From NCBI GenBank assembly GCA_003971905.1, contig RSEE01000007.1, positions 620,001 to 684,000 of the forward strand: a DNA stretch of 64,000 nt, given 5' to 3'. Positions 54,958 to 64,000 of the stretch are shown here, piece after piece. The translations under genes were made by a program, and so were the position numbers. The first letter of the stretch is position 1; each line of letters opens with the position of its first letter. The notes under the pieces were generated by a model, which had not been told where the DNA came from, ran no database searches, and was given only the letters and a program-made list of their open reading frames with translations. This DNA is from Moniliella sp. 'wahieum' (Eukaryota).

Positions 54958-57524
54958 ATGGCCCCGCCTCCCCATCCTCCTCACGTCCTCCGCGCGCTCC
55001 CAACGAGACACTCGCGACACAGCATGACCTTGAGCGTCCGACCAGAGCCGACACGCAAAACCCACCAGCAGTTCATGGCCCCTCAATCGGTTAGGCCTTC
55101 TTCCGGGACCTGTGGGACCTTCTTCCGAGCCTACCGCCAACCTGCCTCTACGTTTGCCGCCGCCTCTGTCCCAAACCTCTCCAGGCCGCTGCACCCCAGC
55201 TCAGCCTTGCCACAGACGACACCGCTGCAGCACCTTATGTATCCCCACCTCCTGGCCCCCCTGCCTCGCACCGCCTCCTACCACCCTCGCTCCTCTCCGG
55301 TCTCGCCCGCCCCTGGGGCGCCCACTGTCTCGACCGCCTCTTGCCCCTCCTCCCTTGAGCCGAACCGAGGTCGATCAGCCATCTAGATTCGACTTCTCTC
55401 CCTCCATCACCCACGCCCACCTCGACACGACCTCGAAACCGATCCTAGACTCCCTCCTTCATCCTCCTCCACTCACCATCTGAGCACTGGCTCCGAGTGG
55501 ACACGCCCAGGCCCGATTAGCTCGGCTCCTGGACAGCACATGTCGGGACAGGAGGCTGAAGAAACAAGATTCCTCCAACCCCGTTCCTCGGATCGCGCGT
55601 GGCCTGCATCAGGCACCTCTTTCCACTCCACCTCAGCGCTCCTTCTCTCTGGCACCCCAATGGCCGAGCACGACCGATAGGATCTTCCCCATATTCGCGG
55701 GAAGAGTATCTCTTTCGTACCGAGCACGGTGGATCCAGTGTTGGATCGGAAGTGGCCACCTCGATTCGTGAAGCAGAACCGCGGGGGTTGACCAAGGTTC
55801 TTCATTAGCACGGATCCTCAACCCTTCCCGTCGCCCTCCGGGCTCACCTGATGATCCCGAAGCCACAATGTCCGTATCGGCCAGCGGTGTGCACCGCGAC
55901 TCTGGTTCTTCTGCTGTTGCTCTTTCCATCCCCAAAGTACTACCACCTCATCGGCCTCCGGGGGGAAAAACGCCGAGCAGGCCGTCGACGCCAATTTAAG
56001 TACTTGACAGACCAACCCCTTTCTTCCCAAGGTAAGGAAGCAGCCAAGTCGAAAGATGTCGAGGTGCGCAAGAAGGTTAAGCGAGCCTGCGTGTACTGCA
56101 AACGAAGCCATATGCCCTGCTCTTCATTGCGCCCGTGCGTGCGTGTGTCAAACGAGGGATTGCTCACCTCTGCAAGGACGAACCTTTGTCAAACGAGCCC
56201 GCTCGTCTTCCCCCACCGAAAAGCGGATTTGAGCCCAACAGTTTTCCGCCTCAACCCTCGGCGACGGATGAACGTAGGGTCGCCCAACCAGATCCCGGCA
56301 TACGAGTCAAGCCGGAATCAGAAGAAATGCCAACATCCGCTTCGCAATCATTCTTGCCGTCGTCTCTGGTGGAGACAACTGGTATTACACCTCCGCCTAG
56401 ACGGTCTCTAACAGCCAATAAGAGCCCGATGCGCGCATTGGCAATTCCCATTTCGTTGATTACCCGTGTGGGCGCGACCGATCTTGACTTTTTGCCTCAG
56501 GATGATGGCGGACAAAGCGAACGGATCTTGAATCGGGCCATTTCGGATGCCCTGCATGTCTGCGAACTCTTGTCAGGTCAAGAGACTGCTCTAGTAGAAG
56601 CGATGCTTGACAGATCCCTCACTCCTTGTCACGAGTAAGTGCCCATCCTCCTTTACCCGTCTTTCCTTCTATCCCCTCCATCCACTCTCGCTTCTGAAGG
56701 ACTAATCATATGCATCTACAGACAAGACGACAGCATGCCTATGCAAAAAATGTTGCAGCATCACTCTCCTTTGCGTCGCCTACTTCGATATCCTCAAAGT
56801 GTTCTGGGAGAGGAAGCACTGACGTTGGTGGCTTTGCATGTGGACTGGGGCGATGACTTAGGCCCATGGGGGTACGGTCAGTTGGCCATTTGGCTCAAGC
56901 ATGAGCTTGAGGACAAGATGCGCCAAGCATTCGACCGTGCCTTGGGAACCATCCGTCTTCGATACTTGCGCCTGAGTCTGTCTCTGACGGAGGAACAATT
57001 GGAATCAGCGCAGCGCTCCTTCCATACCAGCCTGTCCCATTATCGTCTCAATCTCTTTGACTCGGTACCGCACGCTATGATTCTCGTTTCTCGCACCGGT
57101 GTCGTCTTGGCTGGCAATCGACGGATGTGCGATTGTCTTCATTTGGCGCCTCAGGCGATTCATTCGGGTCAGTTGCTCTACTTTGATCTGGTCGCTCGTC
57201 CGGACGTGATGCGCGTGGTGGAGGCATACGCTTCCTCTGTCTTGTCTCTCCTCCTGGATCAGCTCCGGTCCAGGCGACCATGGACTTGGCCTCAGGTGGT
57301 TCCTTTACCTTAACTCACGACTTTATGTGGACCGACTGGCTTACCTCCATGGCACCCAAGCCTGGAACCACAAAACCATGGACTATCACCGCGGTGCCAA
57401 CCACGAACTTGAAGATGGTTCTCCTACCGTTGTGCACTTCCGCGGCCTGGTCACCCTCCAACTCGTCGGTGACTGCTCGGGCATTCCCCCCTTTGTTGCT
57501 GTTTATGTCGTTGTGCTATCTTGA
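54958..57524 (+). CDS. Zn(II)2Cys6 transcription factor with C-terminal PAS-like domain, AcuM/RDS2-like (divergent)
   Basis: RKKVKRACVYCKRSHMPCSSLRPCV/.CVKRGIAHLCKDE matches the AcuM/Rds2 cluster pattern. C-terminal LTEEQL..., FDSVPHAMILVSRTGVVLAGNRRM..GQL. Intron 56635-56721; start uncertain. Confidence 0.75.
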
Positions 57525-59038
57525 GGCCATCCCCCTTATACCACTCGCACTTTGGTATACCGCGCTCCACCCCCAATTTCTTGCCCCTTGAGTATTGAGT
57601 GCCTGGGCTATTCTATGTGTATACCACTCCTTCATATGCGTGGCGGCTTTTTGCCACCTGATATTAGGCGAGATACGTAAGAAAAATGGAGATATACTAC
57701 GTTGGACGCATGAATTAATGAATGACCTTCAGCGCATCATATTGGCTGCGACCCAGGCGTGACGCGTGAGCGATATATGATAGGAGAAAACTGGTGCCTG
57801 CCCTACCCGCCCCTTTAACGACGGCAGTTGCTCCGTTTTCACATTAGCACGCGCGTGCGTGCGCCCACCATCGTCCGTAGCGAACCGTTCAATCGGCGAT
57901 CAAAGCCGGATAAATTATTTGGGTTCCATTGTTTCTCCCTGCTGGGAGGAGGGACCATATTTTTTCAACTATACTGAGAAAGAGCTGGGTCATCGCGTCA
58001 TCGACCGTCGGAGCCTGGAGAGGCGAGGGAGTGGCGGCCAGTCCGTGGGAAGATACGCGTCCTTTTCCCTTGCCAACTGCTTCGCCATCTGAGCTTGTCG
58101 GCCTCGTATTGGGTCTGTTGGACCTGGGCCACAACTGTCGCTTGGTCTCGGTGGCAATCAGCGCATCAACACAACCTTTGGTCCGAGACGGGCTTACTTG
58201 TACCCCACTGGAGTGCCGGGCAAAAGTGACATGCAGTTGCCGATTTTTGGCTGTTGACTCATTTGTATGTGAGTGTCAAGGGGCGATGGAGGTGAGTCAC
58301 ACACTGATCAGACGCATCATCGATCATCTCCAGTCGACTTCTATATCCCGATAACCCCTACTATATATGAGGGGACGGTGGCAACCAGGGGTGCCACATA
58401 TGTGTATGCGCACAGATTCCCGCTAGAGCACTCACTAAAAACAGTCCCGCGTGAATTAATCCATCGAAAGTCCAGAGCGTTGCATTTCGGGCCTGCTGTA
58501 ACCTGCTGCACCTCTGGCGTGTTGAGCGTGTGCCCCGTAAATCATGGGTTCCCTGCGGCCGTTCGAGAGGAAGCGGGAGAAGGGATTTTTGGTCCGTGGC
58601 GAGCCCAAACTCTTTCAAGCATTCTGGGATCTTCGGATTCACATTCCAGCTCTGGCTCTGATTATTAGATCCAGATAGGAAGCTTCTCCATCATATATTG
58701 ATGTGTGCCTCTCCTCCGTCCCCCCCGGAAGCACCTCTTTTGCAAGGGCTGTATTTCTTTGCTAAAACCATGGATGCCTTCGGGAGCTGTCGCGTCGTGG
58801 ACTTGACAATAACACTCTCGCCTAGTGTCGTGAGCAAGACGATATGAGCGGTAAGGGATTATTGAGTGGAGCGAAATGGATTGGAGGGGGGGTGGCTACG
58901 TCACAGGAGGGAACGGAGGTCAGGAGAAGCGGAGGCCGCGCGCACGCGCGGGCTACCCTCTGCCCCAGTGCCCTGGGGCGCACCCCGGCAGCCTCGGCAA
59001 GCTGTATATTTACGTCAGTACGTTAAAGCGTTAACGCG

Positions 59039-59093
59039 TTAGGGTTAGGCAAAGGGTAAAGTTTCCGTGCCCGGAAAAAAGTTTAAGGGCACG
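59039..59093 (+). promoter_or_regulatory. Telobox-like TTAGGGTTAGG plus RRPE-like GAAAAAAGTTT upstream of the NOP2 copy
   Basis: TTAGGGTTAGG at 59039-59049; GAAAAAAGTTT inside a CGTGCCC/GGGCACG inverted repeat (59066-59093). Function is inferred from ribosome-biogenesis promoters. Confidence 0.3.
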
Positions 59094-59106
59094 AAGGCTA
59101 AAAAGG

Positions 59107-60812
59107 ATGCCCTTCGTCAAGTGGAAGAGGGTGCAGATGACGAGTCACTCACTTCGGAGCAGATAGCTTTCTTGGACGGGCGATGATGCTGATGAATTGG
59201 AGGGGTCGTCGGACGAGGAAGGGGAGGGGGAAGACGAGTTTGACAGGGAGACGGAAGACGAAGAGGAGGCCGTATAGGGGCCAATTCGACCAACGGTGAT
59301 GAAGACGACGACGACGATATGATGCCCCCCACCCTGCAAGATGCCGAAGAAAACATTGCCGCACTCCAGGGTACAGACCTGAAGATTGTCCAGCAGCGTA
59401 AGCAGGAGACTGTGACGGTCCTGACCAACTGGAAGAACTTTGACAAGTCGGACATGAGCGGTGCTCGGAGTCGGGCAGAGTATGTGGAGATGCTGCTCGA
59501 AGATATCTGTTCCTACTCTGGCTACAATCGGTTCTTGGCCGAGAAGTTTTTTGTCCTTTTCGCTCCCGCCGAGGTACGTGATGTGCTTAGTGGCGTGAAT
59601 TCAATTTCCGCACCGTGCTGACGTTTGTTGGAATCTCTCTTCGGCACTGGAGTTTTTGAGGCGAACGAGGTGCCTCGCCCTGTCACAATCCGCACCAACA
59701 CCCTAGGCACCCGCAGGAGGGACTTGGCCCAAGCGTTGATCAACCGCCGTGTGTCGCTGGAGAGCCGTTGGGGGAGTGGTCAAAGGTGGGGCTGCAAGCC
59801 TTTGAGTCGTCGCTATCTGTGGGTGCGACGCCAGAGTATTTGGCCGGGCAGTACATGTCTTCATCCTTCCTTCCTTCCTTCCTTCCTTCCTTCTTTTTCC
59901 TTCCTTCCTTCCTTCCTTCCTTCCTTCCTTCCTTCCTTGCATGCATTGGCACCGCAGCCGGGGGACCGGGTGTTGGATATGGCATCTGCACCCGGCGGCA
60001 AGTCAACGTACCTGTCGGCGCTGATGCAGAACACGGGGGTGGTGTTTGCCAACGGCGCCAACAAAGCGCGCACCAAGTCGTTGACGGAAAATGTGCACTG
60101 GTTGGGATGCAAAAATGGTGGTGTGCAGCTACGATGGTCGTATGTTCCCCAAGGTGACGGGCGGGTTTGACCGCGTTCTGCTCAACTCGCCTTGCTCTGG
60201 CACTGGGGTGATCAGCAAAGATGCCAGTGTCAAGACCCACAAGGGTGAGCGCGATATGCAGTTGCTCACCCACTTGCAAAAACATCTGATCTTTTGCGCC
60301 ATTGACTCCATCAATATCCGCTCGCCGACGGCGGGGTACGTCGTTTACTCGACCTGTTCGGTCTTGGTTGAGGAAGACGAGGAAGTGGTGGAATATGCAC
60401 TGCGCAAGCGGCCCAATGCCAAGCTCGTGCCCACGAGCGTCAACTTTGGACAGGTTGGTTTCCCCTCCTTCCGGGGCAAGAAGTTTGACGCGAAGATGCC
60501 GCTTACCAAGCGGAGATTTTGACCCACGTGTGCACAATCTCGATGGCTTTTGTCGCCAAGCTCAAAGTCAGCCCCCGCGACAAGACCCACCATTCCCCCA
60601 AATATCAGGAGGAGGAGGATCCGCAAATGACCTACTTTGGCTCCCGTTCAGGCGCAGCCAACCCCGCCTCCACAGGCAAAAACAAGAAGGTTGCCGCCGC
60701 GAAGGCGGGCGAGTCGCTGTTCAACGATGAGGATGAGGATGCCTCCTTGATCCAAAAGTCGCTGGAACAGGCCAGCAAGAAAAGGAGCAAGGGCAAGTCT
60801 TCATCTAGGTGA
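59107..60812 (+). pseudogene. NOP2: NOP2 25S rRNA m5C methyltransferase, probable pseudogene
   Basis: FEANEVPRPVTIRTNTL, GATPEYLAG, VLDMASAPGGK, FDRVLLNSPCSGTGV, VVYSTCS, HNLDGF. Microsatellite expansion, substitutions at conserved residues (DAPC>NSPC, ANDAN>ANGAN), stops in the 5' part and no normal N-terminus. Confidence 0.78.
59864..59938. repeat. (CCTT)n microsatellite, ~75 bp, inside the NOP2 copy
   Basis: tccttccttccttcc... read directly, with one interruption (ctttttcc). Confidence 0.95.
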
Positions 60813-61530
60813 GCTCAAGCCTTGGCTGGCCAATAATGTGTGGGTATACGTGACTAGCATAATATATGGGGGGAGTATAGGTGGACACATTGCGCAATGA
60901 TAGGGGGGATGGAGCATTAAGGGTAGACCGTAAAGGTGCCCACACTGCTACTGTTCTTAATCTTTTCAGCCCTATAGTTCCCATCCAGCCGCTGAATAGG
61001 TGAGTCGACGGAAGTGCCCGGGCTGAGGCGACCACAGAGGAGTAGCAAAGGTCGCAGATGGTGTCTGGTGGTAGATGTTTGCACCGAATGCGGCGCAGGC
61101 AGGCGGAGTTTTGCGCTGCGGAATCTACGCAATGACATCATGGCCCAACGTCCAACGTCCAACACCGCCACCGGCTCCCGCCTGCCCAGTTCGGCCGGCT
61201 TGTCCGGTTGCGGTTGTGGCCGGTGTGGCACAGGGCCTGCCCTTTAAGGCCCGACGGCAGTGAGTGTCTCGCTTGAAGCCTGCGGCTTGAGGCTCTAGCC
61301 GAGCCTGCTTGCCGGGAGATTGGAGAGGCCGTGGCCGCAGACACGGGCACTGGCCCGTGTCCGGCCCCCGTGGCGGCGCGGGGGTGAGCTCGCCCGCCCC
61401 AGGGTGCAGGTGGCCAGGGCTGCCCCCGTGCCCCAACTGCGCGCCGCAACCGAGTGCTCCCTACTACTCCGCATGCCTGCCTGCCCTGCCTGCCCTGCCT
61501 CCGCCCCGCGCTTGTTGATCTCCGTAGAGA

Positions 61531-61573
61531 GTCACTGGTCACTGGTCACCGGTCACCGCGTAGTGCACTAGTC
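61531..61573. repeat. Heptamer array upstream of the SCH9-like gene (ACTGGT-C x2, ACCGGT-C, ACTAGT-C)
   Basis: gtcactggtcactggtcaccggtcacc...gcactagtca. Confidence 0.75.
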
Positions 61574-61706
61574 AGCCACTCGGGCATCAGGCCTCGGGCT
61601 GCTCCATCCCAGTCGTGTCAGTCGCCTCCTTTTCTCCTTTCCTCCTTTCCTCCCACCCACCATCTCACCCTCATCATCGCCCCCGCCTGCACCATCCCTC
61701 CGCTGC

Positions 61707-63681
61707 TTGGCCCCCGCCCCTACTGCCCCTTCTTGCTCTGCACTGTGCTCTGGCGCCCCGAGTCCACATTGTCCGTCTTACGATCGCCAGCCTCATCAGA
61801 AACACCTGCCCAGCACTCGGTTTCCGTCGCGCCCGCCCCGCTTGCCCCCCGCCACGCCGTTACTGTTGGCTCTCCTCTCACCTCGCGGCGACCTTCTTCA
61901 TGATGCCCCCTCTCCCACGAGCCAAGAAGCCCCGCCCCCAAATACCGTCTCTGCCGCTGTCCCCCAAGGCCAACTCTGCGTCACCGTGCACGGCGCGCGC
62001 AACCTGCCAGCTGCGCCCCGTCGACCTTACATTGTGGTGAGCTACGACAAGAATGAGTATGTCGGCCATGAAGAGTTGTGTCCCACACACACTGGACCAG
62101 GCTCCGATTTGGCCTCTGCCTCGGCCGTTGCCCAGTCCAACCCAATGTGGAACGATGAGGTGGTGTTTGATGTGACGTCCGCCGGCCCCAAAGTTCTTGT
62201 TTCGGTTTACGACCGCTCTGCCGACGATGATGGCTTTCTGGGCATGCGCGACATTACCCCACTGTTGCAGGACCAGCATACCAGCGAGCAGTGGTATCCT
62301 CTGATCGGCCGAAAGTATGCGTCCGAGGGCGGGCCGTGCCCAGTGGAAATGCTTTGGAAGAGCGGGGCGAGATCCTGGTCAAGCTTCGATACGACCGCCG
62401 TCCGCGCCGCAAACTCACCGTGCGCGATTTTGAGATGATCAAATGGATCGGAAAGGGCACGTTTGGGCGTGTCTTTCAAGTTCGCAAAAAGGACACACGG
62501 CGCATCTACGCAATGAAGGTGCTGAGCAAGCGGGACATTGTAATGAGGAAGGAAGTTGTGCACACCATGGGTGAACGCAAGATCCTGGAACAATCCCTGT
62601 CATGCCCTTTCTTAGTCGGCCTTAAATTCTCCTTTCAGTCTTCCACGGAGTTGTTTCTGGTAACGGACTACAAGTCAGGGGGCGAGCTGTTCTGGCATCT
62701 TCAGCGTGAGGGTCGCTTTACAGAGGAACGCGCCAAGTTCTACATTGCCGAGCTCGTCCTTGCTTTGGAGCATCTACACAAATACGACATTGTCTATCGT
62801 GACCTCAAGCCCGAAAACATTCTCCTCGATGCAACAGGTCATGTTGCGCTCTGTGATTTTGGTCTATCCAAACCCGACCTGGGCAACGGACAGCGCACCA
62901 ACACGTTTTGTGGCACCCCCGAATTTCTTGCACCCGAGGTACTGCTCGACGAGGCAGGGTATTCCAAGATGATCGACTGGAGCTTGGGCGTGTACGTGGT
63001 TTTTGTCCCTTCCGCTGACATGCTTGGGCACGCGGTCTGACTTGGATTTCTTGGATAGTTTGCTTTTTGAGATGTGCTGCGGCTGGTCTCCCTTTTTTGC
63101 CGAAGACACCCAGCAAATGTACCGAAACATCTGCTTTGCTAAGATCAAGTTCCCACGGGGGCGATCGGGGATGATGGCAAGCAGTTTGTCAAGGAGCTTC
63201 TCAACCGCAACCCCAAACATCGTCTCGGATACTTGAACGATGCTCTCGACCTCAAGCGACACCCCTTCTTTTCCAACCTGGACTGGGACTTGCTCGCAAC
63301 CAAAAAGATCCCGCCGCCCTTCAAGCCGCTTGTCGAATCGGAGGAGTCGGTGGTCAACTTTGATCCTGAGTTTACCGCCACCGATTTGCGCTCGGTGGTG
63401 CACGACATGGAGGGGATCGATTTGGCAGAGGATGCTCAAGTCGGCCATGACCATGGAAATGAGGAGGATGACGATGCTTCTCTTCGGCACTGCAGCGTCG
63501 GTTTTCAGGCTTCTCCTATTCAGGTAAGGACGATGGTACACCCGTCGGTGGCAGGTCCCGCCGTGGATCGGCTTTCACTTCATCCCTTGCCTTTGGGGGG
63601 GGCATGTTGTTTATGACTCCTCTCCCAGCCGAGGAACCGGCGCCTTCATTACAAGATCCTGTGGTTGGACCACAAGCCTGA
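61707..63681 (+). CDS. SCH9: AGC Ser/Thr kinase with C2 domain, Sch9-like
   Basis: C2 domain (GQLCVTVHGARNL, NPMWNDEVVFDV). Kinase IGKGTFGRVFQVRKKDTRRIYAMKVLSK, SGGELFWHLQREGRF, YRDLKPEN, LCDFGLSK, EMCCGWSPF, NFDPEFT. Hydrophobic motif FSGFSY at 63502-63519 in a shifted frame; start uncertain. Confidence 0.85.
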
Positions 63682-64000
63682 GTTCCTTCCCCGCAGCGTG
63701 ATCAACCTCATCATGCCTTCATACTACTCTATACCGACAATATGTAAGCGCATTTCGTTCTCCGTTATTCTCAGGGGCCACCCATATGCTATTGTTTCTA
63801 TACTCTTGCCCCTGCATTGCTTTCCTCCCCTTGGTTTCCTTACATGGGTTTCCTGTACTGAAGCCCACTCTCCATTGAGAGTGTAAAAGGGCAAATCAGA
63901 CAACCTCACTCTTCTTATTATGACCAATACACACACTGAATAACTCTTCTTCCCATGGGATCGGTTGACATATACATTCGTCACATGAAGAATGCGATGT

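Noticed and set aside
57780..58700. Short ORFs between the AcuM-like gene and the NOP2 copy
   Set aside because: No recognisable motif or consistent frame; a gene call cannot be supported.
59039..59049. Interstitial telomere
   Set aside because: Fewer than two TTAGGG units; kept only as a possible promoter motif.

Overview
This is eukaryotic, GC-rich fungal DNA with short GTRNGT...CTRAC...YAG introns. The proteins look basidiomycete; Ustilaginomycotina is a guess. The left ~43 kb is gene-dense: a conserved hypothetical gene, DBP4, UBP12-like protease, seipin, a multicopper oxidase, STT4 PI4-kinase, a GH5 exo-glucanase, NMT1, KRE6/SKN1, an acyl-CoA dehydrogenase, a Syp1-like F-BAR gene and PAF1. 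Nearly all genes, essential ones included, carry many 1-bp deletions, which points to an unpolished long-read assembly, so CDS ends are approximate. The right part holds decayed or divergent copies of conserved genes (RSM19-like, NOP2-like, AcuM/RDS2-like, SCH9-like) around a ~11 kb stretch with no recognisable gene. The most striking signal is non-coding: intergenic DNA carries tandem 7-bp units built as [A-x-y-y'-x'-T palindrome + 1 spacer base]. Thirteen of the 16 possible such palindromes are used, arrays switch palindrome without losing the 7-bp register, and opposite-polarity arrays form long-range inverted repeats that share the same irregularities. All protein calls come from motif recognition by eye; no database search was run.
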